Sequence record: CM128224.1
Direction: 5' to 3' (one strand)
DNA length: 32,000 nt
Shown here: one piece after another, positions 1 through 9,600 of the stretch
How the letters are laid out: every line of letters begins with the position of its first letter
How positions within the stretch are numbered: position 1 is the stretch's first letter
Notes under the pieces: model-generated
Databases searched by the model: none
Told to the model about the DNA's origin: nothing
Seen by the model: the letters and a program-made list of their open reading frames with translations, nothing else
Program-made: the position numbers and the translations under genes

Positions 1-69
1 GTAGTTCAATTGGCTCAGAGCGCCGCCCTGTCACGGCGGAGGTTGCGGGTTCGAAGCCCGTCAGTCCCG
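1..69 (+). tRNA. trnD: tRNA-Asp(GUC), 5' end cut by window edge
   Basis: Window starts near tRNA position 7. Anticodon stem CCGCC/GGCGG with loop CTGTCAC (GTC at 30-32). T-arm GCGGG-TTCGAAG-CCCGT. Acceptor 3' strand CAGTCCC plus discriminator G69. Confidence 0.9.
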
Positions 70-100
70 TATAAAAAACATACAGTAAATTTAAAAAAAT

Positions 101-194
101 TACAGTATAATTTACTCTAATTTTGTTATAATTTATAATAATTAATTACGGTGCGTTTATATAAATTATAACAAAATTAGTAATTATACTGTAA
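101..194. repeat. Imperfect long inverted repeat in the spacer between trnD and the next tRNA
   Basis: tacagtataatttactctaattttgttataatttata (101-137) pairs with tataaattataacaaaattag-taattatactgta (160-194). This gives 21 bp perfect, a small bulge, then about 13 bp. Confidence 0.7.
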
Positions 195-271
195 TAAAAA
201 AAATTTTTAGTTCTTATATTTTGAATAATACTTTGAATATTAAATAAAAAGTAATAGTTTTTTTTTTAAAT

Positions 272-356
272 GCATCCATGGCAGAGTGGTCGATCGCACC
301 GCACTCATAATGCGGTTCTTTTTAAGGCGCCGTTGGTTCAAACCCAACTGGATGCA
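272..356 (+). tRNA. Class II (long variable arm) tRNA with apparent CAU anticodon; amino-acid identity unresolved
   Basis: 85 nt cloverleaf. Acceptor GCATCCA/TGGATGC (7 bp) with discriminator A356. U8 G9. D-arm GCAG-AGTGGTCGA-TCGC (Ser/Leu-like, contains GG). Anticodon stem CCGCA/TGCGG with loop CTCATAA (CAT at 306-308, U33, A37). 16-nt variable region TTCTTTTTAAGGCGCC. T-arm GTTGG-TTCAAAC-CCAAC. Confidence 0.8.
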
Positions 357-366
357 AATATTTAAT

Positions 367-446
367 TGCCTTTGGTCGGACTCGAACCGACACGTCAAAG
401 ACATCAGTTCCTAAAACTGACACGTATACCATTTCGTCACAAAGGC
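367..446 (-). tRNA. trnL: tRNA-Leu(UAG)
   Basis: Reverse complement: GCCTTTG TG ACG AAATGGTATA CGT G TCAGT TTTAGGA ACTGA TGTCTTTGACGTG TCGG..TTCGAGT..CCGA CCAAAGGC A. Class II tRNA with anticodon TAG. Confidence 0.9.
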
Positions 447-450
447 TTTT

Positions 451-491
451 ACTTTAAATTACTCTATTTAAAAAATAGAGTAATTTAAAGT
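451..491 (-). terminator. 3' stem-loop downstream of rbcL
   Basis: ctttaaattactctattt (452-469) and aaatagagtaatttaaag (473-490) are perfect 18-nt complements. The stem is extendable by flanking A/T pairs. It lies 14 nt beyond the rbcL stop. Confidence 0.7.
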
Positions 492-504
492 GAAAGTTAC
501 AAAC

Positions 505-1932
505 TTATAGAGTATCTACAGTATCAAATTCAAATTTGATTTCTTTCCATACTTCACAAGCTGCAGCTAATTCAGGGCTCCATTTACAAGCAGCGCGAAT
601 AACATCGCCACCTTCACGAGCAAGGTCACGACCTTCGTTACGAGCTTGTACACATGCTTCAAGTGCTACACGGTTTGCAGCAGCACCAGGTGCATTACCC
701 CAAGGGTGTCCTAAAGTACCACCACCAAATTGTAAACAAGCATCATCACCAAAAATTTCTACAAGAGCTGGCATGTGCCATACGTGAATACCACCAGAAG
801 CTACTGGCATTACACCTGGTAATGATACCCAGTCTTGAGTAAAGTAAACACCACGACTACGATCTTTTTCGATGTAATCATCACGCATTAAATCAACGAA
901 ACCTAAAGTAACTTCACGTTCACCTTCTAGTTTACCTACAACAGTACCTGAGTGTAAATGGTCACCCCCAGATAAACGAAGAGCTTTTGCTAAAACACGG
1001 AAGTGCATACCATGATTTTTTTGACGGTCAATTACAGCGTGCATTGCACGGTGAATGTGTAGTAATAAACCCTCATCACGACAATAATGCGCTAAAGTAG
1101 TATTTGTAGTAAAACCACCAGTAAGGTAATCGTGCATAATGATTGGTACACCAAGATCTTTAGCTAATTCTGCACGTTTTAGTACTTCTTCATTTGTAGC
1201 TGCTGTTGCATTTAAATAGTGACCTTTAATTTCACCAGTCTCAGCTTGAGATTTATAAATAGCTTCAGCAACAAATAAGAAACGGTCTCTCCAACGCATA
1301 AAAGGTTGTGAGTTTACGTTTTCATCATCTTTTGTAAAATCAAGACCACCACGTAAACATTCGTATACAGCACGGCCGTAATTTTTAGCAGAAAGACCTA
1401 GTTTTGGTTTAATTGTACAACCTAATAATGAACGACCATATTTGTTAAGTTTATCACGTTCAACTTGGATACCATGTGGAGGTCCTTGGAACGTTTTAAC
1501 ATATGCTGGTGGAATACGAAGATCTTCTAGACGTAATGCACGAAGTGCTTTAAATCCAAAAACGTTACCTACAATTGATGTAAATAAGTTTGTTACAGAG
1601 CCTTCTTCAAAAAGATCAATTGGATATGCAACATATGCAATATATTGATTTTCTTCGCCTGCTACTGGTTCAAGATCATAGCAACGTCCTTTATAACGGT
1701 CTAAACTAGTTAAACCATCAGTCCAAACAGTCGTCCAAGTACCTGTTGAAGATTCTGCTGCAACAGCTGCACCACATTCTTCTGGTGGAACGCCTGGTTG
1801 AGGAGTCATACGGAAAGCTGCTAAAATATCCGTATCTTTTGTTTGGTAATCAGGAGTATAATAAGTTAAACGATAATCTTTAACACCTGCTTTAAAACCT
1901 GAACTGGTTTTTGTTTCTGTTTGTGGAGCCAT
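505..1932 (-). CDS. rbcL: RuBisCO large subunit (form IB)
   Basis: 475-aa ORF. N-terminus [29 protein letters not shown]. Active-site region [23 protein letters not shown]. Conserved full length. Confidence 0.99.
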   Translation of the reverse strand: MAPQTETKTSSGFKAGVKDYRLTYYTPDYQTKDTDILAAFRMTPQPGVPPEECGAAVAAESSTGTWTTVWTDGLTSLDRYKGRCYDLEPVAGEENQYIAYVAYPIDLFEEGSVTNLFTSIVGNVFGFKALRALRLEDLRIPPAYVKTFQGPPHGIQVERDKLNKYGRSLLGCTIKPKLGLSAKNYGRAVYECLRGGLDFTKDDENVNSQPFMRWRDRFLFVAEAIYKSQAETGEIKGHYLNATAATNEEVLKRAELAKDLGVPIIMHDYLTGGFTTNTTLAHYCRDEGLLLHIHRAMHAVIDRQKNHGMHFRVLAKALRLSGGDHLHSGTVVGKLEGEREVTLGFVDLMRDDYIEKDRSRGVYFTQDWVSLPGVMPVASGGIHVWHMPALVEIFGDDACLQFGGGTLGHPWGNAPGAAANRVALEACVQARNEGRDLAREGGDVIRAACKWSPELAAACEVWKEIKFEFDTVDTL

Positions 1933-2066
1933 TTTTAATAAATTATTATTTTATTTTACGATTAGAAATCTACCCGAAATATTAGTTAAATTTTATTGTA
2001 ATAAATAAAAATTTTTTATTTATTTTTATAATAGCATATAAATATTATTTATACAAAATATTGTTA

Positions 2067-2094
2067 TAATTTCAATATTTGAATATTGAAATTA
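2067..2094. repeat. 13-bp-arm palindrome in the divergent rbcL/rps14 spacer
   Basis: taatttcaatatt (2067-2079) tg aatattgaaatta (2082-2094) are exact reverse complements. Confidence 0.6.
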
Positions 2095-2192
2095 ATACCG
2101 CATTCTTCTTAATATATATATATATTCTAATATTTTTAAAAATTAAATTTTATATATTATATATTATATCAAATATTATAAGGATTACCAAA

Positions 2193-2495
2193 ATGTCAAA
2201 AAAAAGTATGATTGAGCGTGAAAAAACACGTTTTGCGTTAGTGCAAAAATATTTAAAAAAACGTCAAGATATAAAAAGCGCGCTAAAACAAGCAAACTCA
2301 ATGGAAGAAAAATTTCAGTTACAAATAAAATTGCAACAATTACCTAGAAATAGTGCCCCAAGTCGATTACATAATCGCTGTAATATTACTGGAAGACCTA
2401 AAGGATTTTATAGAAATTTTAATTTATCTCGTAATACATTACGAGAATATGCACTAAAAGGATTATTACCCGGAGTTAAAAAGTCAAGTTGGTAA
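2193..2495 (+). CDS. rps14: Ribosomal protein S14
   Basis: The ATG at 2193 gives a 100-aa protein: [20 protein letters not shown]...[43 protein letters not shown]. The ORF-track start at 2079 is an upstream TTG through AT-rich spacer. Confidence 0.95.
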   Translation: MSKKSMIEREKTRFALVQKYLKKRQDIKSALKQANSMEEKFQLQIKLQQLPRNSAPSRLHNRCNITGRPKGFYRNFNLSRNTLREYALKGLLPGVKKSSW

Positions 2496-2543
2496 TTTTT
2501 TTTAATTAAAAAAAAATTTAATTCTTTTAATTTTTTATTTTTT

Positions 2544-2561
2544 TAGCGGGTTGCCCCGCTA
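2544..2561. terminator. GC-rich hairpin between convergent rps14 and psbA (bidirectional-terminator-like)
   Basis: tagcggg ttgc cccgcta is a 7-bp stem, flanked by a T-run (about 2531-2543) and an A-run (2561-2569). Confidence 0.65.
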
Positions 2562-2585
2562 AAAAAAAAGATTAGAGTTTAAATA

Positions 2586-3665
<1,080 letters not shown>

Positions 3666-3693
3666 TTATAAAAGGGATTCTCTCAAAATTAAA

Positions 3694-3701
3694 ATTATAC
3701 A
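3694..3701 (-). promoter_or_regulatory. Possible extended -10 element (TGTATAAT) upstream of psbA
   Basis: The reverse complement of 3694-3701 reads TGTATAAT, about 45 nt upstream of the psbA ATG. AT-rich context makes chance matches likely. Confidence 0.3.
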
Positions 3702-3754
3702 ATTATATATAAATATTTGCATTAATTTTTAATTTGTTAATATTTATATTAATT

Positions 3755-3818
3755 AAAATTATCTGCAAATTTATTGCTTTTTTTTTAATTAAAAAGTAAT
3801 AAATTTGCAGATAATTTT
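3755..3818. repeat. Long inverted repeat in the divergent psbA/clpP spacer
   Basis: aaaattatctgcaaatttatt (3755-3775) is the exact complement of aataaatttgcagataatttt (3798-3818). The stem extends inward by about 7 more pairs with one G-T. Confidence 0.75.
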
Positions 3819-3916
3819 TCTATTACTTTGACAGTTAGTAACTAATTTTTTGTTTTTCTAAAAAATTAATAAAATTAAAGCAGAATAAAATAACTTAATA
3901 AAATTAATAAAAAAAA

Positions 3917-4531
3917 ATGCCTATCGGTGTACCAAAAGTCCCATTTCGCCTTCCAGGCGAGCTTGATGCTCAATGGGTTGATTTATATAATCGATTATAT
4001 AGAGAACGTGTTCTTTTTCTGTGTCAAGATTTGGAAGATGAATTAGCTAATCAGTTGATTGGTATTATGTTGTATTTAAATGCAGAAGAAGAAACCAATG
4101 ATGTATTTCTTTATATTAACTCTCCTGGTGGGTCTGCAATTTGTGGTATAGCTGTTTTTGATGCTATTAATTATATAAATGCTGAAGTTACTACAATTTG
4201 TGCTGGTACTGCTTCTTCAATGGCTTCTTTTGTATTAGCTGGTGGGGCAAGAGGAAATCGAATTGCATTACCTCATGCCCGTGTGATGCTGCATCAACCA
4301 GAAGGTGGAAGTAAAGGACAAGCGGCAGAAGTAATTTATGAATCTTTAGAAGTAGTACGGATTAGACACCAAATAGGTCGTATTTACGCTGAGCGTACTG
4401 GGCAACCCTTAAACAAAGTATCAGCTGATTTAGACCGAGACGTTTTTTTATCTGCGCAAGAAGCAAAAAATTATGGCATTGTAGATAAAGTTGTGGTTAA
4501 TATGGCAAATATGTATCCTGAACGTAATTAA
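3917..4531 (+). CDS. clpP: ATP-dependent Clp protease proteolytic subunit
   Basis: 204-aa [18 protein letters not shown]...YINSPGGS...[14 protein letters not shown]...MLHQPEGG. Ser/His/Asp contexts are present. No introns. Confidence 0.97.
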   Translation: MPIGVPKVPFRLPGELDAQWVDLYNRLYRERVLFLCQDLEDELANQLIGIMLYLNAEEETNDVFLYINSPGGSAICGIAVFDAINYINAEVTTICAGTASSMASFVLAGGARGNRIALPHARVMLHQPEGGSKGQAAEVIYESLEVVRIRHQIGRIYAERTGQPLNKVSADLDRDVFLSAQEAKNYGIVDKVVVNMANMYPERN

Positions 4532-4750
4532 AAATTTTAAATAAAATAATATTTAGTAATTTAAATTTAATTTTATATTTAATAGATTTTTTTCATTTAA
4601 AAATAAAAATTTTTTTATGCTTTAAAAAAAGTAGTATAATAAATAATAAGATAAAATCAGCCTAATTGCGGTAATATATTTTTTAAAAAATCTAAATTAT
4701 ATTATTAAATTAATTAAATAAGAGATTTTTTAATTTTAAAAATTAAAATT

Positions 4751-5398
4751 ATGAGTAAAATTTACGATTGGTTTGAAGAACGCCTTGAAATTCAATCAAT
4801 TGCTGATGATATTTCCAGTAAATATGTACCACCACACGTTAATATTTTTTATTGCTTTGGTGGAATAACATTTACTTGCTTTTTAGTTCAAGTAGCTACA
4901 GGATTTGCGATGACTTTTTATTATCGACCGACAGTAGCTGAAGCTTTTACTTCTGTTCAATATTTAATGACGCAAGTTAATTTTGGTTGGTTAATTCGTT
5001 CTATTCATAGATGGTCAGCAAGTATGATGGTTTTGATGATGATTCTTCATATTTTTCGTGTTTATCTAACTGGTGGCTTTAAAAAACCACGCGAATTAAC
5101 TTGGGTAACTGGTGTATTAATGGCCGTATGTACTGTTTCATTTGGGGTAACGGGTTATTCTTTACCGTGGGATCAGATTGGGTATTGGGCTGTTAAAATT
5201 GTAACTGGTGTTCCAGATGCTATTCCAGTAATAGGGCCAGGTGTTGTTGAACTTTTACGTGGGGGTGTTGCTGTTGGTCAATCCACATTAACACGTTTTT
5301 ACAGTTTACATACTTTTGTATTACCTCTTTTTACAGCCGTGTTTATGCTAATGCATTTTTTAATGATTCGCAAACAAGGTATATCTGGACCACTTTAA
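4751..5398 (+). CDS. petB: Cytochrome b6
   Basis: 215-aa [64 protein letters not shown]. Uninterrupted. Confidence 0.99.
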   Translation: MSKIYDWFEERLEIQSIADDISSKYVPPHVNIFYCFGGITFTCFLVQVATGFAMTFYYRPTVAEAFTSVQYLMTQVNFGWLIRSIHRWSASMMVLMMILHIFRVYLTGGFKKPRELTWVTGVLMAVCTVSFGVTGYSLPWDQIGYWAVKIVTGVPDAIPVIGPGVVELLRGGVAVGQSTLTRFYSLHTFVLPLFTAVFMLMHFLMIRKQGISGPL

Positions 5399-5446
5399 AA
5401 TAATAACTCGCAAAAGAAACAATTATAAAAAAGATCCAAAATCATT

Positions 5447-5929
5447 ATGGCTGTTACAAAAAAACCAGATTTATCAGACCCTCAATTACGTGCTAAATTA
5501 GCAAAAGGTATGGGCCACAACTACTATGGCGAACCGGCATGGCCGAACGATATATTTTACATGTTCCCTGTTGTAATTTTTGGGACTTTTGCTGGCGTTA
5601 TTGGTCTAGCTGTATTAGACCCAGCAGCAATTGGCGAGCCAGCAAATCCATTTGCTACTCCATTAGAAATTCTTCCAGAATGGTATTTTTACCCTGTTTT
5701 TCAACTTTTACGTACTGTTCCTAATAAACTGTTAGGTGTTCTTTTAATGGCTGCTGTTCCGGCAGGTTTAATTACAGTGCCTTTTATTGAAAATATTAAT
5801 AAATTCCAAAATCCATTTCGCCGTCCTGTTGCTACGACAGTATTTTTAGTTGGTACTGTTGCAGCAATTTGGTTAGGTATTGGTGCTGCTTTACCAATTG
5901 ATATCTCATTAACTCTAGGGTTATTTTAA
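5447..5929 (+). CDS. petD: Cytochrome b6f subunit IV
   Basis: 160-aa [46 protein letters not shown]. It lies 48 nt after petB. Uninterrupted. Confidence 0.99.
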   Translation: MAVTKKPDLSDPQLRAKLAKGMGHNYYGEPAWPNDIFYMFPVVIFGTFAGVIGLAVLDPAAIGEPANPFATPLEILPEWYFYPVFQLLRTVPNKLLGVLLMAAVPAGLITVPFIENINKFQNPFRRPVATTVFLVGTVAAIWLGIGAALPIDISLTLGLF

Positions 5930-5958
5930 TATTTATTGTAATGTATGTTTTTTGTTAC

Positions 5959-5988
5959 TTGACAAATTATTATTACTAAAAGTAGTAT
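5959..5988 (+). promoter_or_regulatory. Candidate sigma70/PEP-type promoter (TTGACA-N18-TAGTAT)
   Basis: Exact TTGACA at 5959-5964 and TAGTAT at 5983-5988 with an 18-nt spacer. It sits about 15 nt upstream of the candidate SRP RNA hairpin and could also serve trnC. Confidence 0.35.
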
Positions 5989-6003
5989 TGTAAATATGAT
6001 TTA

Positions 6004-6083
6004 GTACTCTGCGGTAACTAGCTTGAAATTATGTAAGGACTGAAAAGGAGCAACATTCTAAGCTGATAAAACCACGAGGGTTC
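6004..6083 (+). ncRNA. ffs: Candidate plastid SRP RNA (4.5S-like, ffs); boundaries approximate
   Basis: This is a relatively GC-rich island in AT-rich spacer that folds as one long hairpin. GAAA tetraloop at 6042-6045, closed by C6040-G6047 and T6041-A6046. Internal loop AAGG (6035-6038) opposite AGCA (6049-6052). Helix ATGT (6031-34)/ACAT (6053-56). Asymmetric loop. Helix GCTT (6021-24)/AAGC (6060-63). Basal pairing lies around 6006-6015 with 6071-6081. The apex AGGACTGAAAAGGAGCAAC parallels E. coli 4.5S AGGUCCGGAAGGAAGCAGC. Confidence 0.5.
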
Positions 6084-6084
6084 T

Positions 6085-6106
6085 ATAGGTGGGTTTACTC
6101 ACCTAT
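6085..6106 (+). terminator. Short hairpin just after the candidate ffs
   Basis: ataggtg (6085-6091) and cacctat (6100-6106) are complementary, with loop ggtttact. Confidence 0.4.
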
Positions 6107-6124
6107 TCTAAATCTGAACACTCT

Positions 6125-6159
6125 TTCAAATGATTCAAAATTATTTTGAATCATTTGAA
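6125..6159 (+). repeat. Perfect 16-bp hairpin abutting the 5' end of trnC
   Basis: ttcaaatgattcaaaa (6125-6140) tta ttttgaatcatttgaa (6144-6159). It ends 1 nt before trnC. Confidence 0.7.
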
Positions 6160-6160
6160 G

Positions 6161-6233
6161 GGCGGCATAGCCAAGTGGTAAGGCAAAGGATTGCAAATCC
6201 TTCATTTCCTCAGTTCAAGTCTGAGTGCCGCCT
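6161..6233 (+). tRNA. trnC: tRNA-Cys(GCA)
   Basis: GGCGGCA TA GCC AAGTGGTAA GGC A AAGGA TTGCAAA TCCTT .. CTCAG TTCAAGT CTGAG TGCCGCC T. Confidence 0.9.
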
Positions 6234-6626
6234 ATATTATATTTAACTACCAACTAAAAAATGACATTAGTTATCGCTCTTACTTTTTTTGTACAAGTTA
6301 CGCCTTATATATATACTAATTGACAACAAAATATTGAAAATATGGTTTATATTAATTAACAGTTACTAACAACTAATTAATTTAACATTTTCTTGTTTTC
6401 TAGATAAAGAAATTAATATTTGAGCCAATTTTATATTTTAAGTTAACAAAAAATTATTAATTTCGCGGTATTATAAAAATTTTTTTTATTAGTTTTCAAA
6501 ATTTTTAAATATATGAATTTTAATATATATATTGAACTAATTTCTAAAATATTATAGTTAGACTACGTGATAGAAATTATTAAAAAAAATCTTTTTAGTA
6601 GTAATTTTTTCTAATATAAAATAAAG

Positions 6627-9600
6627 ATGAATTTAAAAACAAATTTAAAAATGTTTAATCAAAATGATATTTTTTTAAATCAAGAGTTACCTTTACGAAT
6701 AAGTGATACTTCTGTTAATGATGTATTAAAAAATCATTCTATAATTATTGATGAAACTGTAAACTTATTACTCGATTTTTATATAAAAACAAAACAAAAA
6801 AAACAAAAAATTAATGTTTTGTCAACATTGCCTAATTTAATAAATATACAACAATTAAGTTTTAAGCAATTTTTAGAGATTGGTTTAATATCCGCAATTG
6901 AAAGTCAAAACCCTTTAAAAATAAAAAATACACTTTATTCATTTGAGGTTTTTTATTTAAGTAAATACTTACAATTTAAAAAACCAGAAAAAAATATAAC
7001 AGAAACTATAAATTTAAATAAAACTTACGGATGCCCTATTTATTTACCAATATTACTCAAATCTAATAGTCAATCTAAAGCTATTTTTGAATGGATCTAT
7101 TTAGGGTTTTTACCGTTTATGACAAAACCTGGGCATTTTTTAATTAATGGAATTCCACGAGTTGCGTTAAATCAATTAGTACGTACTCCTGGTATTTATA
7201 AGTTAATTGAAAATAAACGTACAACTAAAGGAATAAAAGCAATCCCTTACATACGCATAGTTCCTGATAAAGGTAGTTGGCTAAACATTAGTTTTGATTC
7301 TAAAAATCGATTATGGATTACAACAAAAATTTTTAGAAAAAAAATATCTATGTTAGTATTTTTACAAGCTTTAGGTATTGATATTCATACTATTTTTAAT
7401 ACTATTGGTCATTCGGAAATTTTACTATCAAGTATTGTTCCTCCTGTAAAATCATTAAATAGTGAAAGACTTACACGGCATGATGCCATTTTAATTGATG
7501 CTGGTTTAATATCTCATCCTGTAACTCAAGTAGAAGCTTGCAAATATTTATATTCTCATTTTATGGAATATCGATCACCTGCAAACAAACAGCGGCAACC
7601 TATAACTGAAAAAAAAGCACTTCTTTTTTTTCAGCAAGTAGTTTGGAATTCAGAGAATAAGTATCTAGGTATTTCTGGTCGTGATCAATTTCTAAAAAAA
7701 TTAGGAACTACAGGTTCTGCTTTTAATCAAATACAATTAACAAAACAAGATTTTATTTTAATTACGCAAACAATAATTAATATTTTATACGGTGAAGAAA
7801 CAATAGATGATATAGATAATTTAAATAATAAAAAAATTAGAGGTTGTGGAGACTTTTTATATCAAGAATTAGCTCGTGGACTTAATGAATTTGAGACTTT
7901 ACTTGATAAAAAATTTAAAAATTTTTCATTACCGCGTAAAAAGAAAAAAGTAAAATCTGGCGTTTTAAAAAAACAAAAAAAAGTAATAAAAACAACTAGT
8001 TCTCACACTAAATCCTCACTTTTATTAAAAAATAAGAAAAAACTGAAATTAAATAAAAAAAATAAAATAACCCTTGTTGCTAGTTTTTGGCAAAGTAATA
8101 GAACTATTTTATCAAAATATGTTACAAGAGCTTGGCGAAGTTTCTTTTTGGGAGGAACTTTATCACAATATTTAGATGAAACAAATCCTTTAGCAGAAAT
8201 CACACATAAAAGACGTATAACATTATTAGGGCCTGGGGGGGTAAATAGTAAACAAACTACAATAAAAATTAGAGGAATTCACCCGACTTACTATGGGAGA
8301 CTTTGCCCAATAGAAACACCTGAAGGTCAAAATGCAGGATTGGTGCATTCACTTACAGTTTTTGGGCATAAAGCTTCTAATGGTACTATTTTAACTCCTT
8401 ATTATAAAGTATATAAAGGACAAACCCAAAATAAACTTAATGTTATTTTTTTAAACCCAGAAAAAGAATCTTCACATGTTTTAGTTCCTTCAGATGTCCT
8501 AATTTCAAAATGGGGACGTTTGCCAAAAATGAGCCTTCCCGCTCGAAAGAACTGGGATTTTGATTATGCCAAATTAGATCAAATTACAACCCAATCTATT
8601 TCAATTTTACAAATGATTTCGTTAGCAACGAGTCTTATTCCGTTTTTAGAACACGATGATGCAAACCGTGCTCTTATGGGATCAAATATGCAACGACAGG
8701 CAGTTCCTTTATTAAAACCCGAAGTTGCCCTTGTTAAAACTAGTTTAGAGCCGAGAGTTGTATCAGATATTAATCATATTATACAAACAAGAGAGAGTGG
8801 GTTTATTACACAAGTAGTTTCAAATTCAATTCAATTATATAAACCAAAAACTTTAAAATATTTTTTTATTGATATTGGAGAATTTACAAGAAACTTAAAA
8901 AAAGTAAATATAAAATATAATACAATTTTTATTGCAAATAATTTATTATTTCCTAATGCATTAAATTTTTATTATTTACATTTCCCATTAAACAAAAATT
9001 TGTTAAAGTTTCAAAAAAGGAATAAAAATAATTTTCTTTCAAATTTCATTAATTCTAATCAATTTACTTCTTATAGTAAAACAATAAAAAAAAATAAAAT
9101 CAGTTTAAATAATTTAAAAAATAATTTAAACACAAAAGATTTTTTTCTAAGTGCAGGGAATTTTTTATTAATTAAAGAAAAGGTAAATCAAAATAAGCCC
9201 AAACCACTTTTTTTAAATAATAAAAGGAAAAAAATAGACTATAAACTTTTCCACTTAAATTTATATAAACGCGGCAACCAAAGCACATGTACTCTTCAAC
9301 GACCAATTGTTGCAGAAACTGATTGGGTAGAAAAATCAACTGTTTTGGCAGACGGTGGAGCGAGTGATAAAGGAAAATTAGCGATAGGGAAAAATGTTTT
9401 TATAGCTTACTTACCATGGGAAGGTTATAATTTTGAAGATGCTGTTTTAATAAGCGAAAATTTAGTATCTCAAGATATATTTACATCTCTTCATCTTGAT
9501 TATTATCAAGTGGAGGTTCAGAAAACAGCAGCAGGGTTAGAAACAATAACAAACGATATACCTTTAAATTCATCAAAAGAAATTTCTCAAATATTGAACT

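Noticed and set aside
536-1648. ORF-track ORFs 536-787, 654-842 and 1442-1648 on the plus strand
   Set aside because: They lie entirely antisense to the highly conserved rbcL CDS. Their products are low-complexity (Ala/Ser/Pro/His-rich) with no recognisable homology, so they are by-products of the codon structure of the opposite strand.
2079-2192. N-terminal extensions implied by ORF-track starts at 2079 (rps14), 10802 (rpoC1), 13281 (rpoC2), 19970 (ftsH-like) and 17069 (rpoC2 C-terminus)
   Set aside because: These ORFs begin at TTG or GTG codons in AT-rich leader sequence, or at an internal TTG in the 17069 case. The conserved proteins begin at downstream ATGs (2193, 10823, 13287/13368, 20015).
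4635-4640. TATAAT hexamer upstream of petB, and isolated TTGACA hexamers at 3828-3833 and 6320-6325
   Set aside because: No partner element lies at a 16-19 nt spacing. In sequence this AT-rich, single -10-like hexamers are uninformative.
5539-5724. 61-aa ORF in an alternative plus-strand frame
   Set aside because: It is fully nested out of frame inside petD, which is conserved end to end.
6261-6323. 20-aa ORF MTLVIALTFFVQVTPYIYTN after trnC
   Set aside because: I checked it against the small plastid peptides I know (petN, petL, petG, psbM, psbI, psbT, psaJ) and found no resemblance. It is too short to support on its own.
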